Assembly: GCA_963806225.1 (NCBI GenBank)
Contig: CAWDXG010000004.1
Coordinates: forward strand, 5,120,001-5,184,000
From: an uncultured delta proteobacterium
Lineage (GTDB): Bacteria > Myxococcota_A > Polyangia > Polyangiales > Polyangiaceae
Direction of reading: 5' to 3'
Length of the DNA: 64,000 nt
Positions 1-8,584 of the stretch are shown piece by piece. A program made the translations under genes and the position numbers. Every line of letters starts with the position of its first letter. The first letter of the stretch is position 1. Below the pieces are notes generated by a model. It worked only from the letters and a program-made list of their open reading frames with translations, had not been told where the DNA came from and made no database searches.

Positions 1-772
1 TGTGGACGACCGCCGCCAGACCTTCGGGGATGGACGGATCATGCTCGGCGATGCGCTTCACCTTGCCCTGCGCGACCTGCGCGATGATCTGCGGCGCGTC
101 GTCGCCGTAGGCAGGGCGCTCGCCGGTGAGCATCTCGTAGAGGATCGCGCCGAGCGAATAGATGTCCGCGCGGTGGTCGACGCGGTCGGCCGCGTACAGC
201 TGCTCCGGCGCCATGTACTCGGGCGTCCCCATCACGGCTCCCGGCCGGGTCAGTCCCTTCTGGTATTCATTGCTCGCGCGCAGTTTGGCGATGCCGAAGT
301 CGAGCAGCTTGACGATGGGACCGCCGGTCGAGGGCGTGATGAACACGTTGTCCGGCTTCAGGTCGCGGTGCACGACGCCGAGCGCGTGGGCGGCTTCGAG
401 TCCGGAGAGGATCTGCAGGGCGAAGTCGATCGCCTGGTCGCGCGGAAGCTTGATCTTGCGATCGAGCAACTGCTGGAGCGACTCGCCGCTCAAGAGCTCC
501 ATGACGAGGAAGGGAGAGCCGTCCGGTGTCTGGTCCACGTCGGTCACGCGCGTGACGTGCGGGCTCTGGATGCTCGCCGACACCTTTGCTTCCTGCAGGA
601 AGCGCGACGACAGTCCGGGCCGCTTGGCGAGCTCGGCGTGGAGGAACTTCAGCGCGACGGCCGAGCCGAGCACCTCGTGCCGTGCCTCGTACACGGCGCC
701 CATTCCTCCGTCGCCGATCAGGCGCACGACGCGGTACTTGCCGCCGATCACATCACCGGGATTCGGTCGCAT
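1..772 (-). CDS. Ser/Thr protein kinase (3' end runs off the window)
   Basis: Not in the ORF track. Manual minus-strand translation from ATG 772 gives MRPNPGDVIGGKYRVVRLIGDGGMGAVYEA...VALK...VHRDLKPDN...LLDFGIAK...GTPEYMAPEQ...ADIYSLG. AGAGG RBS upstream. Confidence 0.93.
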   Translation of the reverse strand, partial: MRPNPGDVIGGKYRVVRLIGDGGMGAVYEARHEVLGSAVALKFLHAELAKRPGLSSRFLQEAKVSASIQSPHVTRVTDVDQTPDGSPFLVMELLSGESLQQLLDRKIKLPRDQAIDFALQILSGLEAAHALGVVHRDLKPDNVFITPSTGGPIVKLLDFGIAKLRASNEYQKGLTRPGAVMGTPEYMAPEQLYAADRVDHRADIYSLGAILYEMLTGERPAYGDDAPQIIAQVAQGKVKRIAEHDPSIPEGLAAVVH

Positions 773-818
773 GGTCCTCTAGATCGACGTGATTGTGCTA
801 CAGCGCGGCCGTCCTGGG

Positions 819-1397
819 CTAACCGCAGTCCTTGATGCGCGTGTCCGGCGGAACGAAGCGCTCGTATTCACGCTGGAACGCGAGCGTACGCGGATCGGCG
901 CGATCGACGAACAGCACGCCGTCCAGATGATCCGTTTCGTGCTGCACGATGGCGGCCGGTACGCCCTCCCACTCGAACGATAGCGGCTCGCCCCGGCGGC
1001 CGAGGGCGCGCACCGACACCCGCCGCGGGCGCTTCACCAGGCCTCGCAGGCCCGGCACGGACAGGCATCCCTCGTACATCGTGATCGATTCCTCGTCGCC
1101 GAGCTCGCTGACTGGTTTAGCCAATTGTGGCTCCACTATTGGATTAACCAGTACCACGAGAGGCAGGCGGGGGAACTGCCGATAGCGCGGGTTGTCGGCC
1201 ACCTCGATGACGGAGATGCGTGCTGGTACGTGCACTTGCGGCGCCGCGATGCCCGCACCGTCGGCGTCGCGCATGGTCTCGATCATATCGTCGATCAGGG
1301 CCTGGATGCGTGCCGAGCCGATCTCGGCGACGGGTACCTCTTCCGCGCGGCGCCTCAGAATCGGGTGACCCATCCGGGCAATCTTGCGAATTGCCAT
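819..1397 (-). CDS. def: peptide deformylase
   Basis: GAGIAAPQ, EGCLS and QHETDHLDG motifs; start taken at MAIRKIARMGHPIL. Confidence 0.95.
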   Translation of the reverse strand: MAIRKIARMGHPILRRRAEEVPVAEIGSARIQALIDDMIETMRDADGAGIAAPQVHVPARISVIEVADNPRYRQFPRLPLVVLVNPIVEPQLAKPVSELGDEESITMYEGCLSVPGLRGLVKRPRRVSVRALGRRGEPLSFEWEGVPAAIVQHETDHLDGVLFVDRADPRTLAFQREYERFVPPDTRIKDCG

Positions 1398-1512
1398 GAC
1401 CCCATGGTAGCAGCCGCGGCATATAGGGGGCGAGCCACGCCTCCCGGCCCCGGCTTGTTGACTTCTTCTCGAACGACGGGCTCCGGCTCGGCCGACCCAG
1501 GAACCCATCAAC

Positions 1513-2511
1513 ATGACAAGGTCCACGATTCTCGGCGTAGGTAGTTACACGCCCAGCAAGGTCGTCACCAACGACGACCTCGCGAAGCTGATGACCACGA
1601 GCGACGAGTGGATCCACAAGCGCACAGGTATCAAGGAGCGCCGCTACATCGAGCGCGACGACATCGGCGCCAGCGATCTCGCGGTGCCCGCGTGCAAAGC
1701 GGCCATGGAGCATGCGGGAGTCGAGCCGGGCGACATCGACGCGATCATCTTCGCGACGCTCAGCCCGGACTACACCTTCCCCGGCTCCGGATGCCTGCTC
1801 GGCGACAAGCTCGGGATGCCCGGCGTCCCGGCGCTCGACGTCCGCAACCAGTGCTCGGGTTTCCTGTACGGACTGAGCGTGGCCGATGCCTGGGTTCGCG
1901 CGGGCATGTACAAACACGTGCTGCTCGTGGGCTCCGAGGTGCACTCCACCGGCATCGAGTTCGCCGACCGCGGTCGCGACGTGACGGTGCTGTTCGGCGA
2001 CGGAGCCGGCGCGGCCGTCGTGGGTCGCTCCGAGCGCGACGACCACGGCCTTCTCTCGATCGCGCTGCACGCCGACGGCACGGGAGCCAAGGACCTGTGG
2101 ATCGACGCGCCCGGCTCCCGCTACATGCCGCGCATGACGCACGAGATGCTCGACGAAGGGCGCCACTACCCGAAGATGAACGGCAAGCAGGTGTTCCGCT
2201 GGGCCACCGACAAGATGCCGGAGGTCGCCCACGAGGTCCTGAAGGAGGCCGGGCTCACCATCAAGGACGTCGACCTGTTCGTCCCGCATCAGGCGAACAT
2301 GCGCATCAACCAGCTCGTGGCCTGGCGGCTCGAGCTGGACGAGGAAAAGGTGGTCCACAACATCGAGAAGTACGGCAACACCACGGCTGCCACGATCCCG
2401 ATGGCGCTCGACAAGGCCTTCAAGGAAGACCTGATCAAGGAAGGCGCGAACGTGCTGTTCGCCGCCTTCGGCGCGGGTTTCACCTGGGCCGGCGCCGTGA
2501 TGCGTTTCTAG
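1513..2511 (+). CDS. fabH: 3-oxoacyl-ACP synthase III
   Basis: TGIKERR, NQCSGF (Cys), FGDGAGA, PHQAN (His) and GNTTAA (Asn) motifs. Confidence 0.95.
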   Translation: MTRSTILGVGSYTPSKVVTNDDLAKLMTTSDEWIHKRTGIKERRYIERDDIGASDLAVPACKAAMEHAGVEPGDIDAIIFATLSPDYTFPGSGCLLGDKLGMPGVPALDVRNQCSGFLYGLSVADAWVRAGMYKHVLLVGSEVHSTGIEFADRGRDVTVLFGDGAGAAVVGRSERDDHGLLSIALHADGTGAKDLWIDAPGSRYMPRMTHEMLDEGRHYPKMNGKQVFRWATDKMPEVAHEVLKEAGLTIKDVDLFVPHQANMRINQLVAWRLELDEEKVVHNIEKYGNTTAATIPMALDKAFKEDLIKEGANVLFAAFGAGFTWAGAVMRF

Positions 2512-2522
2512 ACCGGCACGAG

Positions 2523-3026
2523 CTAGTGCGTATGCACGTGCCCTTCGGGGCCGTGCGGATGTCCGTGGTCGTGCTCTTCCTCGGTCGCGTCGCGGATGCC
2601 GGTGATCTCCACAGCGAAATGCAGCGTGACGCCGGCCAGCGGGTGGTTCGGATCCACGAACACCTGCTCCGGTTCAACCTTCGCGATCCAGAGCGGGATC
2701 AAGTCGCCGTCCGGGCCTTCCGCTGCGAACTGCATGCCGGGCCGCAGCTCCACTTCGTCCGGAAACGCGTCCCGCGGGATCGGCTGGGGATCCGTCGCGA
2801 TGCGCTTGCCGTAGCCGCTCTCCGGGTCGACGACAGCCTTCAGCTTGTCGCCCACCGTGTGCCCTTCCATTTCCCTCTCCAGACCGGGCACGATGTTTTC
2901 CGCGCCGTGGAGGTAGTCCATCGGCCGCCCGCCGGAGGAGGTGTCGAGCACCTTTCCCGCGTCGTCGGTGAGCGTGTAGTGGAACGAAACGACCTTGCCG
3001 GCCTGGATAGTCTCGGGATTCGGCAC
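2523..3026 (-). CDS. slyD: FKBP-type peptidyl-prolyl isomerase, SlyD family
   Basis: VVSFHYTL, YLHGAENIVPGLE, DPNHPLAGVTLHF and a His-rich tail. Confidence 0.92.
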   Translation of the reverse strand: MPNPETIQAGKVVSFHYTLTDDAGKVLDTSSGGRPMDYLHGAENIVPGLEREMEGHTVGDKLKAVVDPESGYGKRIATDPQPIPRDAFPDEVELRPGMQFAAEGPDGDLIPLWIAKVEPEQVFVDPNHPLAGVTLHFAVEITGIRDATEEEHDHGHPHGPEGHVHTH

Positions 3027-3149
3027 GAGTGGCTCCTGGCGAATTCGGAAAACGAGCAGCGTCCCGTGGACGCCGTGTCCGGGCTGTCCGGAAACGAGGG
3101 CACAGCGCTAGCAGGTGGGGCGCCGCGGCGCAACGCCATGGACTGGAGC

Positions 3150-3701
3150 TCAGCTCCTCGGCTGCCACGGGACGTCCACGACGCTAGAGTCGTGGTTCGC
3201 TCGCCGGGCGAGCACGAAAAGCAGATCGCTGAGACGGTTCAGGTAGATCACCATCTCCGCGCGCAGGTCGCTGTCGTTGCCGCTCGTCAGGACGCGACGC
3301 TCTGCGCGGCGACACACCGTGCGTGCGAGGTGGAGCGCGGCTGCGGCGGGCGTTCCGCCGGGCAGCACGAAGCTCTTGAGCGGCGGCAGATCGCGTTCGG
3401 CGTCGTCGATTGCCCGCTCCAGCCGCTCCACGTCGCTCTCGTCGATGAGCTTCATCTCGAGCTTGTCTTCGCGCCCGGGCACGCAGGCCAGCTCGGCGCC
3501 CACCACGAACAGGTCGGACTGCAGCTCCGCGAGTAGCGCATCCATCTCCGGCGCCACGCCGGCGGCGCGCGCAGTGCCGATGACCGCATTGGTCTCGTCC
3601 ACGGTGCCGTAGGCCTCGACGCGTGGATCGTCCTTCTCGACGCGCGCTCCACCGAAGAGTCCGGTCTGCCCCCGGTCGCCCGTCCTGGTGTAGATCTTCA
3701 T
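3150..3701 (-). CDS. pduO: PduO-type ATP:cob(I)alamin adenosyltransferase
   Basis: MKIYTRTGDRGQT, GTVDETN, FVLPGG, RTVCRRAER, YLNRLSDLLF. Confidence 0.93.
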   Translation of the reverse strand: MKIYTRTGDRGQTGLFGGARVEKDDPRVEAYGTVDETNAVIGTARAAGVAPEMDALLAELQSDLFVVGAELACVPGREDKLEMKLIDESDVERLERAIDDAERDLPPLKSFVLPGGTPAAAALHLARTVCRRAERRVLTSGNDSDLRAEMVIYLNRLSDLLFVLARRANHDSSVVDVPWQPRS

Positions 3702-3760
3702 GCGCCCATGGTAACGCCACCCGGGCGCCGGCGGCGCTTGCTGTCGCGCCCCCGGTCCGA

Positions 3761-4858
3761 TCAGGTCATGGCGAGAGCGAATGCCTCGTAGCCGCTGCGC
3801 CAGGCGTCCATGTCGGCGCTGGCTCCCTCGGTGATCTGCACACCGAAGCCCGGCGGCACGGTGGCCGTGCCCGTCGGACCGAAGCCTCGACGCCAGACCA
3901 CCTTGCCGACGAGGCGCACGCGCCGTTCGCTGCGTGGCGGTGTCAGCTCCAGCCACACCGAATCGTCCTCCGGGGGCAGCAGCGTCCGCACGTACAGCCC
4001 GCCGGCGCTGATGTTGTACGAGAAGCCGTAGTCGTCCCGGTCGCGTCCCGCGCTCCGGAACGCGATGGTGGCGCCGAACAGGAGGCGCTGGCTCCTGCGC
4101 TGGTTCGAGCGCGCTCCGTTCGACAGTTCGTTGGCCAGGAACAGCACGTTCTCGGCCGGCCCGAAGCCGTCCGTGGCCGTCGCTCGCTCGAGCCCCGACA
4201 GCTTCTCCTGCATGCCGCCGAGAGCGCGCGGCGGGCAGGTCACGATCCAGGTAGCGCGGCCGCCGCCCTCGCGACTCTCCGCGATCGCCTTCTCCGGCTG
4301 CTCGGCGAGCTCCGCGGCGAGCACGACCAGATCGATGTCCGGATTCTGCGCGAAGCCCTGCGCGTCGCGCTCACGGGCTGCAAAGGTGACGCTGTAGCCC
4401 GCGTTCCGCAGCACCCGTCCGAGTACTATGCGACGCGTGGGATCCGCGTCCGCGATCAGGGCTGCCCCGCGACCGTTCGTTGGCGGTTCCGGCGCGTCCT
4501 TGGGCAGTGCGCGCAGGCGCCCGAGCAGGGCTCGCGGGTTGTCGAGGCCGACCACGTCGTCGCCGCCCCAGCCGAACGCCTCCGCGAATGTCAGGTCGGT
4601 CAGCTCGGGCGTGAGCGCGATGATGGGAACCTGCGCGTGGTCCGCCTCCGCGCGCGTCTCCACCGCGGCCTGCTCCGCGCCGGGGGTGGTGCTGTCGAGG
4701 AGCATCGCGTGCGGCTTGTGGCTTCCCAGCCAGCGCGCCGCGTCATGCGTCGAGGCCACCACACCCAGTTCGAACGCCGACTCGACGGCAACGCGTACCA
4801 GTGCCTTGCGCTGTTTTTCACTGAAGCGCCCGAAGGCGAGTAGCGGTCGCTTGTCCAT
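3761..4858 (-). CDS. tandem (pseudo)receiver domains plus C-terminal PilZ domain
   Basis: Two REC-like segments (AMLLDS...VPIIALT...GGDDVV; ALIADAD...AGYSV...DLVVLAA), then PilZ motifs QRRSQR and YNISAGG...GKVVW...GFGVQI. Confidence 0.75.
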   Translation of the reverse strand: MDKRPLLAFGRFSEKQRKALVRVAVESAFELGVVASTHDAARWLGSHKPHAMLLDSTTPGAEQAAVETRAEADHAQVPIIALTPELTDLTFAEAFGWGGDDVVGLDNPRALLGRLRALPKDAPEPPTNGRGAALIADADPTRRIVLGRVLRNAGYSVTFAARERDAQGFAQNPDIDLVVLAAELAEQPEKAIAESREGGGRATWIVTCPPRALGGMQEKLSGLERATATDGFGPAENVLFLANELSNGARSNQRRSQRLLFGATIAFRSAGRDRDDYGFSYNISAGGLYVRTLLPPEDDSVWLELTPPRSERRVRLVGKVVWRRGFGPTGTATVPPGFGVQITEGASADMDAWRSGYEAFALAMT

Positions 4859-4945
4859 GGCTCCTCCACCCAGGACAACGGCCGCTCCGCCGGCGACTGA
4901 AGTCCCGGGGGCCGATTGCTGCTCGAAATCGACGCCGACCGGCGG

Positions 4946-5461
4946 TCAGACCGAGAAGATCTGCTGGATCTCGCCCTCGATCGAGGAGGTTTCCACCTTC
5001 TTCGCGAGCGCCAGCTCCTGGATGAGGAGGCTGCGGGCCTGGTCGAGCAGGCGTCGCTCGCCGAAGCTCAGATCCTTGTCGAATTTGAGGCGGTACATGT
5101 CGCGGAGAACCTTGGCGATCTCCGAGGGCAGCCCGCTCTTGAGCATCTCCGTGTAGGCGCGGAAGCGGCGGTTCCACGGCTGCATGTCCACCGCGACCTC
5201 CGGCGCGCGCAGGATATCGAGGATCTCCTGGGCCTCCCGCTTCTTCATCACGGGCCGCAGGCCGACCCGGGACGCCGCCTCCTTGGGCACCATCACCTTC
5301 AGGCCGGTATCGATGATCTTCAGGACGTAACAGTGACTCATGCTCCCACCGAGCTCGCGCTCCTCGATCCCGGAGACCTCGCCCACCCCGTGGGAGGGAT
5401 GAACCGCCATGTCGCCGACTTTGAAGGTGTGAGCGGTCACTACGTTGACGCCAGCTTGCAT
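4946..5461 (-). CDS. carD: CarD/CdnL-family RNA polymerase-binding regulator
   Basis: FKVGDMAVHPSHGVGEV, VMVP...VGLR, PWNRRFR, LSFGER; GGAGG RBS before ATG 5461. Confidence 0.92.
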   Translation of the reverse strand: MQAGVNVVTAHTFKVGDMAVHPSHGVGEVSGIEERELGGSMSHCYVLKIIDTGLKVMVPKEAASRVGLRPVMKKREAQEILDILRAPEVAVDMQPWNRRFRAYTEMLKSGLPSEIAKVLRDMYRLKFDKDLSFGERRLLDQARSLLIQELALAKKVETSSIEGEIQQIFSV

Positions 5462-5605
5462 TCTGCCTCCCTGCTCCTGCCCCGGCCTGCCTCGTCGCGA
5501 GCTCTCCGCGGAGGTCGCTGCGCGCTCGTTGGTCGGGCGCTGCGCGCCGGACGAACGCCCCGAGCCCCTCTCATCGTCCGGTCTGCCGCGATGCAGCACG
5601 AGCGA

Positions 5606-5635
5606 AAAGTACCATTGGTAGGACACAGCGGTCAA
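5606..5635 (-). promoter_or_regulatory. putative sigma70 promoter of carD/cdnL
   Basis: Minus strand TTGACC-N18-TACTTT, with TG before the -10 box. Confidence 0.55.
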
Positions 5636-5695
5636 TCGCACCCACCCCCCTAATCGGTGAGTAACGCGCTTGAATCATTGAGTTTGTGAAGCCAT

Positions 5696-6727
5696 TCAGG
5701 GCTGGCGCGCAGGCTTGCCCGCGGGGGCGGAAGGGATGTCGAGCATCTCCGCTACATCCGCGGCGACGGCCGCATGAAGCCCGCTCACCAGCGGGCCGAG
5801 CCGGAGCTCGACTCGCAGCTTCAAAAGCTTCGGCGTGGTCGAGATGATGGGCGCCGCAGCCGGATCGTCGAAGCCGAGCAGCTTGCCCGTCGAGCTGTGC
5901 GCGAGATCTTCCCAGGTGGCGAGCAGGCGGCTCGTGCTGTCGGGGCCCTCGCTGGCCCAATCGCCCGAAAGCACGACGTCGGCCTGCAGGCGCTGCCCGG
6001 ACAGCGGCTTGACCGAGATCGCCACCGCCAATGCCGCGTCGAGCAGCCCGTGAGCGCCCCCCACCCATTCGTGGCCGAACGGTCCAGGGGCGTAGAACAC
6101 GAGCGGCGCGTCGCCCGGGTCGCTGGGCAGGGTGGAAAGCGCTGCGCCGCGGAGCGCCGCCGGGGAGCGCTTCAGCCGCTCCAGCGCGTAGGCCTCCACC
6201 ACCAATGCCGGCGTGGGGTCGCCGACCGCGACCGCGACCAGCTGCCCCCGGAGCCGCACCAGGGTTTCCGGCGTGCGGCCGATCACGCCCTGGACGAAGT
6301 GGAGATCGGGGTGCGGCCGTTTCTCGACGGGCCCGCTCACCAGACGCTCCACGAAGGCCTGCTGGACGGCGCTGTTGTCGCCGGCCGTTTCGGCCATGTA
6401 CAGCGTCGAGTAGTCGGATCCGGCAACCAGGGCGCTCGGCGTCCGCGTCAGGTCGATGCCGGTGCCCCGCGCGTAGCCCGCCAGGCGCGCCGCCGGGATC
6501 AGCGGTGACAGCGCCTTGACCAGATCCGGATCGGCAGCGAGCTCGGCGGGGCGCCCCACGACCATCCATCTGAGCCCCGCCGCAGCCACGAAGTCGGTCA
6601 GGGGGCCGTGATGCAGCGGCGGCGGGGGCGGTCTGGGCGCCTTCGGCGCTGCCTGGGTGCCGCCACAACCGGTGACCAGAAGCAGGCAGATCGCGAACAG
6701 CAGCTGGAAGCGCGCTGCGACGCTCAC
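5696..6727 (-). CDS. hypothetical lipoprotein
   Basis: GTG start overlaps the tyrS stop (GTGA); signal peptide and lipobox LLVTGC. Confidence 0.7.
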   Translation of the reverse strand: MSVAARFQLLFAICLLLVTGCGGTQAAPKAPRPPPPPLHHGPLTDFVAAAGLRWMVVGRPAELAADPDLVKALSPLIPAARLAGYARGTGIDLTRTPSALVAGSDYSTLYMAETAGDNSAVQQAFVERLVSGPVEKRPHPDLHFVQGVIGRTPETLVRLRGQLVAVAVGDPTPALVVEAYALERLKRSPAALRGAALSTLPSDPGDAPLVFYAPGPFGHEWVGGAHGLLDAALAVAISVKPLSGQRLQADVVLSGDWASEGPDSTSRLLATWEDLAHSSTGKLLGFDDPAAAPIISTTPKLLKLRVELRLGPLVSGLHAAVAADVAEMLDIPSAPAGKPARQP

Positions 6728-7944
6728 CCGGTGACCTTGACGTAGCAGAAGCGCCGCTTCTTCGAGCCGACGCGCACGAGATAGCGCCCGCCCCGGTCGA
6801 GCTGGTGCTGCCCGTCCTGCACGCGCTGTCCGTCCACTTCCACGCCGCCCTGCACGATCAGGCGTTTGCCTTCGCTGGTGGACGCCACCAACTTCGCGGC
6901 GGACAGGGCCTTGGCCAGCCACAGCGTGTCGCCCGCCGCCGCGACCTCTACCTCCGGCGTGTCGTCCGGCACGCCGTGCGACAGGTACGTCCCCGCGAAA
7001 GTCCGTGCCGCGTCCTGTGTGGCTTCCTGCCCGTGGAAGCGCGTGACGACTTCCGCCGCGAACGCGCGTTTGGCCGACAGCGGGTCGCCGGCCTGCCGGA
7101 GTCCGGCGATCTCCTGCGCGTTCTTCGCCGACAGGAGCTCGTAGAAGCGCCAGATGACGTCGTCGCCGATCTGCATGCACTTGCGGTACATCTCGAGCGG
7201 CGCCTCGGTGAGGCCGATGTAGTTGTCGGCCGACTTGCTCATCTTCTTGCCGACGATGCGCCCGTCCTCGATGCGCGCGTCGATGCCCTCGAGGATCGGC
7301 GTCGTCATCACGATCTGCGGCTTCTGTCCGTAGCGCTGCATCAGATCGCGGCCGACCATCAGATTGAAGAGCTGGTCGGTCCCGCCGAGCTCCACGTCCG
7401 CTTCCAGGGCCACCGAGTCGTAGCCCTGCAGGAGCGGATAGAAGAGCTCGTGGATGTAGATGTCCTTCTGCGCTTCGTAGCGCTCCTTGAAGTCGCGCCG
7501 TTCTAGCGTTCTCGCCAGGGTGCGGCGGGCGGCCAGCTCGATCATCTTTTCCAGCGACATCGAGGCCAGCCACTCGCTGTTGTAGCGGACCACCGTCCGC
7601 TCGCGGTCGAGGATCTGGAAGGCCTGTTCGGTGTAGGTCTTCGCCGCATCCCGCACCTCTTCCGAGGTGAGCCGCGGGCGCATCTCGTTCTGGCCGGTCG
7701 GGTCGCCCACCATCGCGGTGGTGTCACCAATCAAGAAGATGACCTCGTGCCCGAAGTCCTGGAACTGACGCATCTTCTGCATCAGCACCGTGTGCCCGAG
7801 GTGCAGGTCGGGGCGGGTCGGATCGAACCCCGCCTTGACCTTCAGCGGGCGCCCCGAGGCCAGCCGTTCCCTGAGCTCGGGAAGCTGGTGGAGCTCGACC
7901 ACGCCGCGCGTCAGCTCGGCTAGCTGTTCATCGACGGAAGCCAC
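6724..7944 (-). CDS. tyrS: tyrosyl-tRNA synthetase
   Basis: GFDPTRPDLHLGH, LLQGYD, GGTDQLFN, KMSKS and a C-terminal S4-like domain. Confidence 0.97.
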   Translation of the reverse strand: MASVDEQLAELTRGVVELHQLPELRERLASGRPLKVKAGFDPTRPDLHLGHTVLMQKMRQFQDFGHEVIFLIGDTTAMVGDPTGQNEMRPRLTSEEVRDAAKTYTEQAFQILDRERTVVRYNSEWLASMSLEKMIELAARRTLARTLERRDFKERYEAQKDIYIHELFYPLLQGYDSVALEADVELGGTDQLFNLMVGRDLMQRYGQKPQIVMTTPILEGIDARIEDGRIVGKKMSKSADNYIGLTEAPLEMYRKCMQIGDDVIWRFYELLSAKNAQEIAGLRQAGDPLSAKRAFAAEVVTRFHGQEATQDAARTFAGTYLSHGVPDDTPEVEVAAAGDTLWLAKALSAAKLVASTSEGKRLIVQGGVEVDGQRVQDGQHQLDRGGRYLVRVGSKKRRFCYVKVTG

Positions 7945-8012
7945 GGCGCGGAAGCTAGCACTAGCGGGGCTTCCAGACGGACGACCTTTGTCACTGGACC
8001 CGGCGGGCGACA

Positions 8013-8076
8013 GCGAGCCCGCGATGAGCGAAGCGAATCGCGTCGGGGTGCTCGAGGGGCGGTGAGCCTCCTCGAG
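8013..8076. repeat. REP-like double-hairpin extragenic element
   Basis: GCGAT-gagcgaagcga-ATCGC hairpin followed by CTCGAGGGGC-ggtga-GCCTCCTCGAG hairpin, between ihfB and tyrS. Confidence 0.45.
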
Positions 8077-8111
8077 GAGGATTCCGGTGGGGGCGGGCGA
8101 GCGGGAGGAAA

Positions 8112-8432
8112 CTAATCGTTGTCGTTGTCGTCGCCGCCGCTGATGGCCGTGTGGCGGCTCGAGTTCACGAGCTCTTTCAGCTCCTTGCCCACCTTGAAGA
8201 AGGGCAGCCGCTTGGCCGGGACGGGGACGGGCTGGCCGGTCCGCGGGTTGCGGCCGTCATAGGGCTTGTAGGGGCGCACCGTGAAGCTGCCGAAGCCGCG
8301 AATCTCAATGCCTTCGCCCTTTTGCAGCGCTTCGGTCATCGCGTCGAAGACGCAGTTGACCACCATCTCGGCCCGAGCCTTGGTCAGCTCCCCCCGGGCG
8401 GCTATGGCCTCGATGAGCTCGCTCTTGGTCAT
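8112..8432 (-). CDS. ihfB: integration host factor beta / HU family DNA-binding protein
   Basis: MTKSELI, IEIRGFGSF, GRNPRTG, PFFKVGKELKE. Confidence 0.88.
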   Translation of the reverse strand: MTKSELIEAIAARGELTKARAEMVVNCVFDAMTEALQKGEGIEIRGFGSFTVRPYKPYDGRNPRTGQPVPVPAKRLPFFKVGKELKELVNSSRHTAISGGDDNDND

Positions 8433-8461
8433 CCCACTCTTAGCCTCGTGCGAACCGGTCG

Positions 8462-8490
8462 ATCGTTTTCCCTAACGCATGAATTGTCAA
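8462..8490 (-). promoter_or_regulatory. putative sigma70 promoter of ihfB
   Basis: Minus strand TTGACA-N17-AACGAT. Confidence 0.4.
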
Positions 8491-8584
8491 CGCTTTTTCC
8501 AGCACGAGCCGGGCACCCGGATGCTGCGGCGGCAGCCTGCGGGTCGCCCGCTGGATGGCAATAAGCGCCTTTAATTACAGTTGG

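Noticed and set aside
2..835. Plus-strand 277-aa ORF and many similar long Arg/Ala-rich ORFs (e.g. 1608-3536, 25134-27452, 37666-40140)
   Set aside because: Alternative-frame or antisense shadows typical of high-GC DNA; the real genes lie on the other strand or frame.
1513..2511. Secondary-metabolite cluster around fabH
   Set aside because: No ACP, PKS or tailoring genes nearby; the neighbours are housekeeping genes.
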